Below are positions 27,187 through 37,007 of a DNA stretch of 59,328 nt, piece by piece (the first letter of the stretch is position 1; the number at the start of each line of letters is the position of its first letter). The notes beneath the pieces were generated by a model. That model saw nothing but the letters and a program-made list of their open reading frames with translations, was not told the DNA's origin and did not search any database. The translations under genes and the position numbers were made by a program. The DNA comes from an uncultured virus (IMG/VR IMGVR_UViG_3300030520_000004). Lineage: Duplodnaviria; Heunggongvirae; Uroviricota; Caudoviricetes. The stretch lies in the IMG/VR virus record IMGVR_UViG_3300030520_000004; one strand, given 5' to 3'.

Positions 27187-27695
27187 AGCGTCACCGCCTC
27201 GGCGAGCTGCCACACGCGGATCACAGCGCCGGGGGAATCAAGGGCGTCGGGATGCTCGCCCGGGTAGACCTTGCGGGCGGCCAGTTCAACGACCTGCGAG
27301 TCGTCGCCGTACACCCCGGCCTTGGACAGAGAATCCAGAGCTGCCCGGACGTGATGATCAATATCTGTGGACGATCGGGTAATGGGCCACGTCCGGCGGC
27401 GCTTCGGGGCCGACTTGGGCTTCTCGACGGTGACGGTGATGTCCGCGGCCATGGGGACGGCGACGAACACGGCATGCTCGGCTTTAGCCGTTCCGCACCG
27501 AGCGCAGGCCGTCGACTTCGACGCCAGCAGTGCGACGTACTGGTGGCCACCAGTGATGGCCAGAGTCGCGGCGATGACCGCATCGCGCCAGGGCAACAGC
27601 ATCTTGGCGTTGGAGTGGACCGCGGGGCGGCCCTTGCCGAGGAATGAGACGCGACCTTGCCCGGCGGGAGTCCCGTGGACGGTGATGGTCAGCAC
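27183..27695 (-). CDS. rusA: RusA-family Holliday junction resolvase
   Basis: V.G.P..QG...WR...[13 protein letters not shown]...YGDDSQVV...K.Y. Confidence 0.85.
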   Translation of the reverse strand: MLTITVHGTPAGQGRVSFLGKGRPAVHSNAKMLLPWRDAVIAATLAITGGHQYVALLASKSTACARCGTAKAEHAVFVAVPMAADITVTVEKPKSAPKRRRTWPITRSSTDIDHHVRAALDSLSKAGVYGDDSQVVELAARKVYPGEHPDALDSPGAVIRVWQLAEAVTL

Positions 27696-28333
27696 TGTTC
27701 GTCTCCTCGCCGGGTGGTGATCTTCGACAGCGCACGTCGGTCCCGCCCGTCGGGGTCGTGCAGTAGCCCTATGGCGCGGAGGATCTCGGCGAGTGCGGTG
27801 TGCGGGTCGAGTTCCGGGTGGTCCAGGACCGTGGCCGCGGCCCAGATCCCGGCGCGGCGTAGCTCTTCGGGCTGGTTGTCGCGGAGCGTGAACGAGGAGG
27901 ACTTGGCTCCCATCTGCTTCTCCTTCCGTGGGATGGTGGGTGGTCCGGGCTGCCCGGTTCGAGCGGGCAGCCCGGCGTCAGGCGGTGAGCTGGGATGGGT
28001 TGCGGTTCGCGCCCGCCACTCCCCGCGGGCATTGACCTGGGCCTGGACGATGCGTTTGAACTCGGCCCGGATGAACGGGTCTCCGGCGGTCAGTGCCAGC
28101 TCCAGCCGGGTCGGCATCGGCGGTACGGTCTCCCGCGCCCACTCCGGCACGTGGTCGGCGGGCAGCGAGGGGATCGGCTGGGGCTGCTCGTCCCAGGTCC
28201 ACTCCAGGTGCGACTGGGCGCCCGGCTCCCAGCGCTCGGCGGTGGCGGCCGGTTCGTCTCGGGCGTCGATTCGGGTGCTGCGCTTGCAGCGGCAGCGGTC
28301 CAGTAGCCAGACGGCGGCGGCGAGTACGTTCAC
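27689..28333 (-). CDS. Hypothetical protein (possible internal start at 27913)
   Basis: GTGA coupling; AAGGAG RBS before MGAKSS at 27913. Confidence 0.45.
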   Translation of the reverse strand: MNVLAAAVWLLDRCRCKRSTRIDARDEPAATAERWEPGAQSHLEWTWDEQPQPIPSLPADHVPEWARETVPPMPTRLELALTAGDPFIRAEFKRIVQAQVNARGEWRARTATHPSSPPDAGLPARTGQPGPPTIPRKEKQMGAKSSSFTLRDNQPEELRRAGIWAAATVLDHPELDPHTALAEILRAIGLLHDPDGRDRRALSKITTRRGDEQC

Positions 28334-28500
28334 GACTCGCTCCCGGTCCGCGCTTCGCGTCGTGCCCGTCGCTCGCGTGCGTCCCGTCGGCGCTCGACCG
28401 CGTCGCGCCAGGTCACCCAGGTCGCGGCACCACCGAGGACCAGCACGGCCAGGGCGACGATGACGACGGGCAGCACGGCGTCGTAGTAGGGGTGGCTCAC
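28330..28500 (-). CDS. Small membrane protein
   Basis: VSHPYYDAVLPVVIVALAVLVLGG...; GTGA overlaps at both ends. Confidence 0.5.
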   Translation of the reverse strand: MSHPYYDAVLPVVIVALAVLVLGGAATWVTWRDAVERRRDARERRARREARTGSES

Positions 28501-28619
28501 TGCCTGCCGCCCTTCAGCAGGACGCGGGCCAGCAGTCCCAGCAGGGCCACGATGACCAGGGCATCGCCGGTGTAGAACTGCACGGGGTGGTCCAGGAGGT
28601 ACATCAGGGTCTGGAGCAC
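28497..28619 (-). CDS. Small membrane protein
   Basis: AAAGGAG RBS; one TM helix. Confidence 0.45.
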   Translation of the reverse strand: MLQTLMYLLDHPVQFYTGDALVIVALLGLLARVLLKGGRQ

Positions 28620-28691
28620 AGCGGACTCCTTTCGGGTCGGAGGGGGTGGGCTGCGCCGGTCGGGGGCCCGGCGCAGCCCGGTTCGAGGTGG

Positions 28692-29450
28692 TCAGCCGGT
28701 CTTGCTGAGCGAAACCCGTTCACTGCGCCAGCCGGGCACGGTGAGCACGGCGGTGGCGGGCGCGACGTGCTTGAGGTCGTCGTGGGCGAGCGGGTCGGCT
28801 GCGGGCTTCACGCCCCAGTCCACGCGCTGCTGGTGGACCAGGTGCACGGGCGTGAACTCCGTCGGCGGGACCTTCACCCGGGCCCGCTCAAGGTGCTCGG
28901 CGGACGATGGCTCGGACACCACCGGACGGACCGCACCCTGCTCGGGGACGGCGGGGAGCTGGGTGGTGTCGCCCTCGCCCATTGCGGCCAGGAGATCCGC
29001 GCGGGACACGGCCTGCGTCTCCGCGTTCACGTCCGCGCCCTCCGACTCGGCCGGTGCGGCGGGAGTGTCGGCGACGATCCGCAGGCGGGGATCGGGTGCC
29101 GCCGCCGGCCGCGGGGTGGCGAACGCCGAGCCGGCCGTATCGGCAGGCGCCGGAACCAGCGGCTCACCCTGCGGTCTCGGCGCAGGCGGAGCGGTCAGCA
29201 CCTCCAGGCGGCCGTTGAGTCGGTCGATCTCGCACAGCGGGCAGGCGAACGGGGCCGCCGGGGCGGAAGCTCCCTCGGGCCGGCGCACCAGGAACTGCAC
29301 GTGCGGCTGGGGTGCGTGGCACGCGCACGGGTCCAGGCTGGCGGCGTCGTTGCGGAGCTGGCGGTTCTCTCGCTCCATGGCTGCCTGTGACTCGGGGGTG
29401 CGGCGGCGTCGACCACGGCCGTGGAGCAGGGTGCTGATGTGGATGTTCAT
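28692..29450 (-). CDS. Pro/Ala-rich hypothetical protein
   Basis: ATGA coupling; GGAGG RBS. Confidence 0.55.
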   Translation of the reverse strand: MNIHISTLLHGRGRRRRTPESQAAMERENRQLRNDAASLDPCACHAPQPHVQFLVRRPEGASAPAAPFACPLCEIDRLNGRLEVLTAPPAPRPQGEPLVPAPADTAGSAFATPRPAAAPDPRLRIVADTPAAPAESEGADVNAETQAVSRADLLAAMGEGDTTQLPAVPEQGAVRPVVSEPSSAEHLERARVKVPPTEFTPVHLVHQQRVDWGVKPAADPLAHDDLKHVAPATAVLTVPGWRSERVSLSKTG

Positions 29451-29920
29451 GCGTTGACCTCCAGCGGCATCGCGGCAAGCTGCTTGGTGAAGCGGTCATG
29501 CAGGGTGAGTGCGCCCGCGACGGCGACGTTGTGCGAGAAGCCGCGCACGGTCGGGATGACGACCAGGTCGTGGCACCGGCCAACCACGGCGGCAGGCAGT
29601 CCGTGGTCCTCCGCGCCGAGCAGGTACACGGCCCGCTCCGGATGCCGGTAGCCGGTCAGCGGCTTGGCGCGCGGATCCAGCTCAACGCCGATCAGCGGCG
29701 CGGAGTGCGGCAGGTGCTCGACCAGGTCGTCGATGTCCCGGTAGTGGTAGAGCGGCGTGTGCTGCGGTGTCTTGCAGGTGTCCCCGGCCTCATGCCGGTA
29801 GCGGGCGCCGACGGTGAACACGAACGCCGCGTCGTACAAGGTCGCGCTGCGCCACAGGGTGCCGATGTTGACCTCGTGCTTGGCGTGCCAGATCCCGATA
29901 CCGAAGAAACCGCGCGTCAC
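29447..29920 (-). CDS. SpoU/TrmH-family (SPOUT) RNA 2'-O-methyltransferase
   Basis: NIGTLWRSA (motif 1), YLLGAEDHGL (motif 2), VVIP....SHNVAVAG (motif 3). Confidence 0.85.
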   Translation of the reverse strand: MTRGFFGIGIWHAKHEVNIGTLWRSATLYDAAFVFTVGARYRHEAGDTCKTPQHTPLYHYRDIDDLVEHLPHSAPLIGVELDPRAKPLTGYRHPERAVYLLGAEDHGLPAAVVGRCHDLVVIPTVRGFSHNVAVAGALTLHDRFTKQLAAMPLEVNA

Positions 29921-30441
29921 GCCGACACCTCGACCCGCGCCAGAAGCTCCCGGGTGGATCGGATGACCTTCTCGCCGACCCGCGCCAGATCCTTGACCAG
30001 GCGGACCTTCGGCGGCCGAGGCCCGAACTTCGTGGCTTCCTCGGCGGCCAGCCTCGGCGCCAACTCCTCGGCGGCCTCCAACGTCCAGCAGTACGCCTCG
30101 GCCGCCGGGACCTCCCCGACCTGCCGCCATGCGCCGCCCGCATAGACGTACAGCCCGCCGAACTCGTACTGCGTGCGGATCGACCAGCTCTTGCCGTCCC
30201 GGGTGTGGACGGAGATCCCGAGCTGGTCACCGGCCAGGTGGTCACCGGGCCACGGGAACCAGTACTCGCGGACCCGCTCCTGGCGGTCCTCCAACTCGGC
30301 GTTCAGGGACCGCACGTACGCCGTCTCCTCGGCGATCGTCGGCTCCTGGCCGACGTACTTCGCGAGCTCGGCAGACAGCCGCTCGATCTCCGCGCGATAG
30401 GTGTCGGGGTCGGCCTCGGTCAAGGCCAAGGGCTCGGTCAT
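29917..30441 (-). CDS. Hypothetical phage protein
   Basis: Coupled; YVG.EPTIAEE. Confidence 0.55.
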   Translation of the reverse strand: MTEPLALTEADPDTYRAEIERLSAELAKYVGQEPTIAEETAYVRSLNAELEDRQERVREYWFPWPGDHLAGDQLGISVHTRDGKSWSIRTQYEFGGLYVYAGGAWRQVGEVPAAEAYCWTLEAAEELAPRLAAEEATKFGPRPPKVRLVKDLARVGEKVIRSTRELLARVEVSA

Positions 30442-30614
30442 CGGCTGCTTCCCTTCTGGTAGGCGTTGAGCTCGGCGCGGGCTGCGGTGAGGCGGCGCTC
30501 GACCCAAGCGGCGAACGAGCCTCCGGCCTTGACGGTTGAGACGGTCCGCCAGTCCTCGTACCTGGCGATGTCCTGCTGGATCTGGGCGATGGGGCGGGGG
30601 GCGATCGTGGTCAC
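30438..30614 (-). CDS. Hypothetical protein
   Basis: Overlaps neighbours at both ends. Confidence 0.5.
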   Translation of the reverse strand: MTTIAPRPIAQIQQDIARYEDWRTVSTVKAGGSFAAWVERRLTAARAELNAYQKGSSR

Positions 30615-31150
30615 TGAGCGCCGACCTTGGCGCCGGTCTTCATCGCGGCCTTCTGCGCGGCGATGTCGGCCGTCGCCGCGAGTCGGGCCTTCCTGTCCGT
30701 CTCCTGCCGTGCCACTACCGCCCGCTGGCTCCGGGTCAGCACCGGCTTGGCGCTCGCGGATGCGGCCAGCTGCTTGGCGCGGGGCGACCCAGCGGGCGCG
30801 GGCACCCCGGTCCTGCCGCCGCTCACCGACCCCTTGGGGGCCTTCTTCACCGACGGACCGGACTTCGGCAGCTTCTTGGAACCGCTGACCAGGTCCTTGA
30901 AGCCCTGGCCCGGACGGAACCTGGGCACTGCGGTCTTCTTGACCTTGACCCGCTCGCCCGTCTGCGGGTTGCGGGCGAACCGCGCCGAGCGGTCGACCTT
31001 CTCGAAGGTGCCGAAGCCGGTGACCATCACGGTCTCCCCGGCGGTGACGGCGCGGACGATCGTGTCGAGGACCGCGTCCACGGCCTCGGCGGCGGCACGA
31101 CGGCCGCCGAGCTGCTCGGCGACTGCCTCGACGAGTTGAGCCTTGTTCAT
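30611..31150 (-). CDS. hupS: HU-family nucleoid protein, HupS-like with a basic tail
   Basis: MNKAQLVEAVA...VTGFGTFEKVDR.AR.ARNPQTGERVKVKKT.VPRFRPGQGFKDLVSGSKKLPK. Confidence 0.9.
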   Translation of the reverse strand: MNKAQLVEAVAEQLGGRRAAAEAVDAVLDTIVRAVTAGETVMVTGFGTFEKVDRSARFARNPQTGERVKVKKTAVPRFRPGQGFKDLVSGSKKLPKSGPSVKKAPKGSVSGGRTGVPAPAGSPRAKQLAASASAKPVLTRSQRAVVARQETDRKARLAATADIAAQKAAMKTGAKVGAQ

Positions 31151-31225
31151 GGGGTGCTCCTTGAGGGTGGTGAGGGTGGGGCCTGGTGGAGAACGCACGA
31201 ATCCGCAGGCCGGTGGTGCATGAGG

Positions 31226-31435
31226 TCAGGGCGAGTGAGGCGTGCAGCCGCAGCCCGGCTCCAGCGAGTTGACTAGCTGGTGGCCGTGGACGCCGCACTC
31301 CAGCCAGCGCTGCGGCAGGACATGATCGGCGAACCCGGCGTACGGGCCGCGCGGGCGACGGCCACGCAGGACCACCAGCAGGGCGTACGCGGGGAAGACC
31401 AGGAGCGGGGCCAAGAGGTCGAGGACGGCGATCAT
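31226..31435 (-). CDS. Small membrane protein
   Basis: N-terminal TM helix; ATGA coupling. Confidence 0.45.
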   Translation of the reverse strand: MIAVLDLLAPLLVFPAYALLVVLRGRRPRGPYAGFADHVLPQRWLECGVHGHQLVNSLEPGCGCTPHSP

Positions 31436-32238
31436 GAGGTGCCGCCGAACGGGATCAGGGGCCAGTTGCGGTCGATCGACGCCGAAGCGTCCGACTTCCG
31501 CAGGTACGTCTCGAAGTCGACGGCCCAGTCGGCATGCCAGTGCTGCTGGCGAACGAACAGCTCGTCGACCGACACCGCAAGATCGTCGAACCGCTCGTAC
31601 GGACCGCGCGAGTTCCGCAGCCCCTGCACCCAGTCCGGGCGTTCACCGGCAGGCCGGGCAGCGATGCAGCCCATGAGCCACGCCGCTCGCGCTGACATCA
31701 TCGCGTCATAGGAAGCGCCGTGAGCCTGCGACTCGTCCCAGCGCAAGCCGTACATCTCGGCGGTGGTCCGCATCTGGTACGGGCCCTGCGTCGGCGAGAC
31801 GCGCCGCCGGAACGGTGCCACATGCCGGTCCAGAACCATCGTGTCGATGACCCGGGTGATCGGCTGGCCGCACACGTTCACCAGCGGGCCGAGGCCGTTG
31901 CGCCTGCACTCGGCGTCCAGCAGGTTCAGGTCGTAGCCGCCGATATTGTGGCCCACCAGTGGAATCCCGGCGCGCACGACATTGGCGACGGCTTCGGCGA
32001 TCGACTGCACGCCCTCTGCCGCCGGGGTGCCGTGCTTGGCGGCGTACTCATCGGTGATGCCGTGAACTTTGATCGCGTCGGGCTCCATCGGGATGCCCGG
32101 GTTCAGCAGCCACTCGTCCCACACGGGCTCGCCGTCGCCGACCAGGATCAGGGCGCAGGTCACGATTCGTGCCGTGGCGGGGATCTTGTCCGAGGATTCG
32201 AAGTCGAGGGCGGCCATGGGGCCCAGGTGCCAGCTCAT
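31432..32238 (-). CDS. DnaQ/DEDDh-family 3'-5' exonuclease
   Basis: ALDFESS (ExoI), VGHNIGGYD (ExoII), IDTMVLD, AHGASYDA (ExoIII). Confidence 0.9.
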   Translation of the reverse strand: MSWHLGPMAALDFESSDKIPATARIVTCALILVGDGEPVWDEWLLNPGIPMEPDAIKVHGITDEYAAKHGTPAAEGVQSIAEAVANVVRAGIPLVGHNIGGYDLNLLDAECRRNGLGPLVNVCGQPITRVIDTMVLDRHVAPFRRRVSPTQGPYQMRTTAEMYGLRWDESQAHGASYDAMMSARAAWLMGCIAARPAGERPDWVQGLRNSRGPYERFDDLAVSVDELFVRQQHWHADWAVDFETYLRKSDASASIDRNWPLIPFGGTS

Positions 32239-32513
32239 GACGCCACCGCCGAGTCCTGCTCGCCGATCCACGGCTCGCCGCTGGCCCGCGCGCCGAGGGC
32301 AGCCAGGGCCGTCTCCAGCTCGGACGCCAACTTCGCGTTCTCGCCGTTCCGGTCGGCCAGTTGCTGCTCAAGGCCATTGAGCTTGTTCGCCAGCCGCCCC
32401 AGCGCCCCGCTCTGCCCCAGTTCGCGGATCGCCGCCTCCAGCTCGTCGACGCGCGCCTGCAGCTTGTCGGCCTGCTCGCACTTCGCGTCGTACGTCTTCC
32501 GCCTAGCGGGCAT
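32235..32513 (-). CDS. Coiled-coil hypothetical protein
   Basis: Coupled chain. Confidence 0.5.
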   Translation of the reverse strand: MPARRKTYDAKCEQADKLQARVDELEAAIRELGQSGALGRLANKLNGLEQQLADRNGENAKLASELETALAALGARASGEPWIGEQDSAVAS

Positions 32514-32832
32514 CGGAGCCACCCCCGACGTACTTCACGAACAGCCCGCTGCCCATGCCGACCGGCAGCGCGTGCGCCTCGAACCGCCCGGCCGCCGCGT
32601 AGACGGGGTGACGCCCGTCGGTGATTTCCAGCGCCATCCGGTGCGGCGTCGACAGTGACCGGTACACGGCCACGAAGCCCCAGTGCCCAGCCAGGGCCCG
32701 GATGTCGGCGGCGCGCTGCGCGTGGTCCGGGTGCGGGTACGACGGCACCCACTTGCCGTCCCCGACCGCGTTGATGTCGGCCGCGAGAGCCAGCAACTCC
32801 GGGTCGAGCGGGCGGACGATCGTCTGCGTCAT
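32503..32832 (-). CDS. Hypothetical phage protein
   Basis: Y...G.FEA......LFVKYVG; GAGGAG RBS. Confidence 0.55.
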   Translation of the reverse strand: MTQTIVRPLDPELLALAADINAVGDGKWVPSYPHPDHAQRAADIRALAGHWGFVAVYRSLSTPHRMALEITDGRHPVYAAAGRFEAHALPVGMGSGLFVKYVGGGSDAR

Positions 32833-32950
32833 GACTCCTCCTCGGTGGTCTCGGTGCGGTGGCCGTAGTGCGCGGCGGTGAACAGCAGGGCCAGCGGGCC
32901 GGACGCGGCATAGACGGCGAGCACGATGTCGGCGACGGTGGCGATCGCGT

Positions 32951-33802
32951 TCATCCGAGCTCACCCCTCGGCTGCTGCGGCAGCTGGCGCACGTTGTGGT
33001 CCGTCGCACGGGCCAGCGTCGGGTGCTCCTCGCGGAACTCCGCCTGCAACCAGCGCAGGCCCTTCGGCGACACCACGGTCTGCGCGGTCGCCTTGCCGTT
33101 GACCATGTCGGTCCGCACCGCGAAGTAGCCGCGCTCGATCAACTTCTGCTCCGGCAGCGTCGAACCCTGCAGGATGATCCCCATGCCGCGCAGCAGGTTC
33201 AGCAGCCGAGTCCGCCCGATGCTGCCCGTGACCGGTGCGAGGATCTTCGCGACCGACGACATGTCCAGGTAGCCGTCCGCCGCAATCAGATCGTCGTAGC
33301 CCTCAGCTTTCGCAGACATCTCCTCCACCCGGCCGGCCAGGCTGTCGTTGCTCGCGGTCAGCGCCATCACGCGGTCCTGGAGGGCAATGACACGCTTCGC
33401 CATCTCCAGAGCCTCGTTCGGCTGCGGAGCCGCTGCCTGAATCTCGGCCAGCTCGGCTTCTCGGGCCTTCACCGCGAAGTACGTCTGCGCGGCAGCGATC
33501 TCAGGCTTACGTGGGTCGCCGTTCATGGCGACGAGGTACGCGCCGTGTCGGGACAGCCGGTAGTTCATCCGACTGGTGCGACCCGACGCTTCGGGGCGCT
33601 CCGAAGCGTGGTCCTCGGGATTCTGGCCGGTGTTGGCGATGGCGAGGCGCGCCCGCTGAATGGAACGGCGGAAGTCTTCCCATCGCTGGTAGCCCATGAT
33701 GGGCTGAAGCTCGCGGCCGTCCCAGTAGTCGCCGCGCTCGTCCACCTGCTTCATGGCGTCGAACGGGGATTCGTCGGGCACGGTAAGGGTGGTGATCGTC
33801 AT
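32951..33802 (-). CDS. Phage antirepressor (BRO/DinD-like N-terminus, KilAC C-terminus)
   Basis: SPFD....W.GREL...MGY.RW..F...YLVAMNGDPRKPEIAAAQTYFA; VAKIL...IGR.RL...LR...P.Q..IERGYF...VSPKG. Confidence 0.85.
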   Translation of the reverse strand: MTITTLTVPDESPFDAMKQVDERGDYWDGRELQPIMGYQRWEDFRRSIQRARLAIANTGQNPEDHASERPEASGRTSRMNYRLSRHGAYLVAMNGDPRKPEIAAAQTYFAVKAREAELAEIQAAAPQPNEALEMAKRVIALQDRVMALTASNDSLAGRVEEMSAKAEGYDDLIAADGYLDMSSVAKILAPVTGSIGRTRLLNLLRGMGIILQGSTLPEQKLIERGYFAVRTDMVNGKATAQTVVSPKGLRWLQAEFREEHPTLARATDHNVRQLPQQPRGELG

Positions 33803-33874
33803 GGGACACTCCTTGCTGGGTGGATCGATGTACGGGCGGGGCCGGATCCGGCAGGAACCGGCCCCGCAGTGCGT

Positions 33875-34393
33875 CTAGAACGGGCAGTCGTCGGCTCGGC
33901 CGCCAGTGCCGCGCCGGGACGGTGGGATGCGCATCTGCTCTAGGACGAGGGAGTCCACCCGCTTGTCGACGTTCACGCCGAGCGCATCGAGGGCGGTCTC
34001 CAACTCCTTCGCCCGCGCGACCTGCTCGTCGGTGCCGGACACGAAGGCGCCGGCGATGTGCCGGGCAAGCTCCGCCTTCAGGTGATCCACGGTCTGCGCG
34101 GCCTGCCTTTCGGACCACGGGTCACGCTGTGGTGGCCGTACCCACACCTGGTCGTAGTCCGCGCCGAGAGTCTTGAGGGCGTTGCGAATCGGGTACTCGA
34201 CCTCGCAGTCCGCGTGCTCCAGGTCGTCAGCGAGCACCCACGCTGCCTGCTGCTGGCCGTGGTTGCCGCTGAGCATCGCCTGTGCGATGTGCTCGCCGAC
34301 TGTGCGGCGGATGACGCCCAGGCGGCGTCGGTCGACCTGAGCGCGGGCCTCGGGGGGCATGGCCATGTAGGCGGCGACACGGTCGTTGCTCAC
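33875..34393 (-). CDS. Hypothetical phage protein
   Basis: GTGA coupling; C-terminal DDCPF. Confidence 0.55.
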   Translation of the reverse strand: MSNDRVAAYMAMPPEARAQVDRRRLGVIRRTVGEHIAQAMLSGNHGQQQAAWVLADDLEHADCEVEYPIRNALKTLGADYDQVWVRPPQRDPWSERQAAQTVDHLKAELARHIAGAFVSGTDEQVARAKELETALDALGVNVDKRVDSLVLEQMRIPPSRRGTGGRADDCPF

Positions 34394-35481
34394 GCCGCAC
34401 CGCCAGCCGGAGTCAGCGTCCGAACATGCGCGGCGAACGCCTGCAGGTCCTCGACGGTCGAGTCGTCCAGTTCGACCTTGGAGTGCTTCGTGAACTCCGC
34501 CTTCGCCTGATCCCGAGACCAGCCCAGCGGCTGCGCCGACTGGCCGACCTCATTCCAGGCGAGGTCCCAGTTGCTCGCCGGGGTCGACGCCTCGGGAGCC
34601 GGAGGCTCTTCGGCCGCGGGCTCGACCGACTCGGAGGCGGGGGCCTTCCGCTTCGACTGCTTCGGCGCGGCCGGTTCAACGGCGCGGGCCACCTCGGCGG
34701 CGGTCACCCGCTCCTCCGGGAACTCGTCCTCGACGGTCACCTCGCCACGCTGCAAGCTCTTGACGATCACACCCAGCTGGCTGACGTCGTGCTCGTTCCA
34801 CTTCGCGCTCGGCCGACCCAACTTCTGCTCCAGCCGGTCCTGCACGACCCCGTTGTCCTCGAACCACTTGATCGCGTCCGCGATCCGCTGCGGCAACGGC
34901 TTCCCCCCACCGTTGCGGAGCGTCTGCGAGCACAACTCCTTCGCCTCATCGACGAACCACTGCGGCAAGATCGCGAAGATCGCCTCGCGGACGCGGCGCG
35001 CGCCGTTGTTGGCGTTGTTCTCGTAGATGTCCCGCATCTCCTTGAGGTCCTGCGCGCCGTTCTTCGTGTCGCGCTTGTGAGGCACCACGAACGTCGAGGA
35101 GTTACGGGTGTTCGTCTGCACGTCCCACGCGAACGCGCTCATCTCCGACTGCGCGTACTCGTCGTCGCGCCGCAGCTCGGCCAGGCCGTACTGGACGTTG
35201 CCCCAGCAGCGGGCCAACTCGCGGGCCAGGTGAACCGACGGGCCGGTGACGGCACCGCCGGCGCGGGGGAAGCGGAAGAACGCGCGCTCGGCGAGTGCGG
35301 GCTGACGGCACGACTGCTGCATCTCGCGGATCGCGATCTGCACGTCGCGGGGGCATTGCTGGGCGACGACGATCGCCGCCTGCACCTCGGCGACAGCGCG
35401 GGACTGCTCAACGGCGGTGCCCTGGCCGAGGCGCCCGGGGATGGGCGCGGCCTGCATAGGGCGCTGGTCGATCTGGTTCAT
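34390..35481 (-). CDS. Putative single-strand annealing recombinase (RecE partner)
   Basis: AEVQAAIVVA..CPRD...FPR.G..VTGPSVHLARELARCWGN..YG; directly downstream of the RecE-like gene. Confidence 0.65.
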   Translation of the reverse strand: MNQIDQRPMQAAPIPGRLGQGTAVEQSRAVAEVQAAIVVAQQCPRDVQIAIREMQQSCRQPALAERAFFRFPRAGGAVTGPSVHLARELARCWGNVQYGLAELRRDDEYAQSEMSAFAWDVQTNTRNSSTFVVPHKRDTKNGAQDLKEMRDIYENNANNGARRVREAIFAILPQWFVDEAKELCSQTLRNGGGKPLPQRIADAIKWFEDNGVVQDRLEQKLGRPSAKWNEHDVSQLGVIVKSLQRGEVTVEDEFPEERVTAAEVARAVEPAAPKQSKRKAPASESVEPAAEEPPAPEASTPASNWDLAWNEVGQSAQPLGWSRDQAKAEFTKHSKVELDDSTVEDLQAFAAHVRTLTPAGGAA

Positions 35482-35494
35482 GGTGAGGGTTCTC

Positions 35495-36358
35495 CTACTT
35501 GAACTGGTTCGCGACGTACTGGGGGAGCGAGACGATTTCGACGTCTTCCGCATAGGCAGGCCAGCGGCCGGACTCGACGCACTCGCGGTAGATCGACAGC
35601 GCGGTGTTGTTCAGGCGGCGCCCGATATCGAGGGCGTCGTTGTCGAGCTGCACGACCGTGATCAGGTACGGGGCGGTCTTCTCGACGAACACGAAGACGA
35701 ACAGCGGGCGCTCGGCCAATCCCGTCGCGCGGACACCCTTCAGGTACCAGGCGGCCTGCTGGTGGTAGCCGAACTTCGCGATCGACTTGGATAGGCTCTC
35801 CAGGTCGGCGGACAGCGTGGTCTTGAGGTCCGGAACGATGAACCGGCCGCCGCTCGGCGCGGGCAGCCAGTCCGGCCGGGCCCGGCACGGGACGCCCGTG
35901 TCGCCGTCCGTCCAGTACAGGGACTGCTCGGCCTTGCCGAAGCCGGGCTGGAACAAGGCGGAGGCGATCGGGTGCCTGCGCACCGCGGCGGCGATGCCCT
36001 CCAGGTCGGCCTGCTGCTTCTCCAGCATCGGGATTTCGCCCGCGGCACGGAGTTCCCGGCGCTCAGCCTGCGCGGCCTTCCCGGTCCAGCTGGCGTACGG
36101 CAGGTAGGTGGGTTCCGTGCCTTCGCCGAGGACCAGGGTGTGCGCGGCGGAGCCGAATTCCAGGTGGTCCTTGTTGTCCGGCGGGTTGTCCTGCTCGTAC
36201 TTGAACAGGGCCGGACAGGACGGGGCGAGGAGCTTTCGGGCACCAGACGACGAGAGCGTCGTGGTATCCGAGTGGTACTCGTCCAGCGAGATGCCGTCGT
36301 ACACGCCCGGCTCGCGGGAGGCGGCCAGCGGGAGGCGGTGCTCCAGAACAGCGGTCAC
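35495..36358 (-). CDS. RecE/exonuclease VIII-like PD-(D/E)XK nuclease (DUF3799-like)
   Basis: YH....LSSSG...FGSAAH..VL...E.S.YW...CRARPDW...DLKTT...YHQQAAWY. Confidence 0.9.
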   Translation of the reverse strand: MTAVLEHRLPLAASREPGVYDGISLDEYHSDTTTLSSSGARKLLAPSCPALFKYEQDNPPDNKDHLEFGSAAHTLVLGEGTEPTYLPYASWTGKAAQAERRELRAAGEIPMLEKQQADLEGIAAAVRRHPIASALFQPGFGKAEQSLYWTDGDTGVPCRARPDWLPAPSGGRFIVPDLKTTLSADLESLSKSIAKFGYHQQAAWYLKGVRATGLAERPLFVFVFVEKTAPYLITVVQLDNDALDIGRRLNNTALSIYRECVESGRWPAYAEDVEIVSLPQYVANQFK

Positions 36359-36609
36359 TCGGCACCATCCTTCGGGGTGTACCAGCGGCGGCCGGGAATC
36401 TCGTGCAGGGTCAGGTGGCCTTCGGTGGCCAACTTCGCAAGCAGTCGGCGGATCGACGCTCGCCACACGTGGGTCAGGTTGTGCTGGGCGAACAGGCGCT
36501 TCACGCGGCCGGGCGTCCACTCGCCGCCCTGCCGGGCAATCGCGTCGAGTACCAGGTCGTGGCCCAGCTCACGCGTCGCCCGAACCCGGGGCTGGGTGCG
36601 GCGCTTCAC
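36355..36609 (-). CDS. Small winged-helix-like protein
   Basis: AI...GGEWT..RV...RRLL..L..EG.L. Confidence 0.55.
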   Translation of the reverse strand: MKRRTQPRVRATRELGHDLVLDAIARQGGEWTPGRVKRLFAQHNLTHVWRASIRRLLAKLATEGHLTLHEIPGRRWYTPKDGAE

Positions 36610-37007
36610 AGCGCACCGCCGTTCCCTGCGAACTGCTCGCGCAGTTCCGCGCCGCTCCGCAGGAACACCAGCAGCATTTGCGCGTCGGCATCCGCACCAT
36701 GGGTGGCGACCATCTCGGCGGCGTGATCGGAGGCGCTGCGGTAGCCGGCGGCTCGGGCGGCCAGAACCTCGGCCCGCAGCCGCTTGACCTCGCGCACCAG
36801 CTCCGGGACGGCGTCGCGGGCCACGGCGATGAACACCGCGTCGGCCGGGTCGCCGACGTCGATGGCGACCGACAGCTCCACCAGGCCGTCCACGCGCGGG
36901 CCGTCGACGGAGTAGCCGTCGATCCCCGACAGCCACGGGCCCTTCGACGCGGCAGCCTCCGCCGCCTCGATCTCGGCGAGACGGGCATCCGGCAGCGGGG
37001 CGGTCAT
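36606..37007 (-). CDS. Ead/Ea22-like protein
   Basis: RLAEIEA...ASKGPW...ADAVFIAVARDAVPELVREVKRLR. Confidence 0.65.
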   Translation of the reverse strand: MTAPLPDARLAEIEAAEAAASKGPWLSGIDGYSVDGPRVDGLVELSVAIDVGDPADAVFIAVARDAVPELVREVKRLRAEVLAARAAGYRSASDHAAEMVATHGADADAQMLLVFLRSGAELREQFAGNGGAL

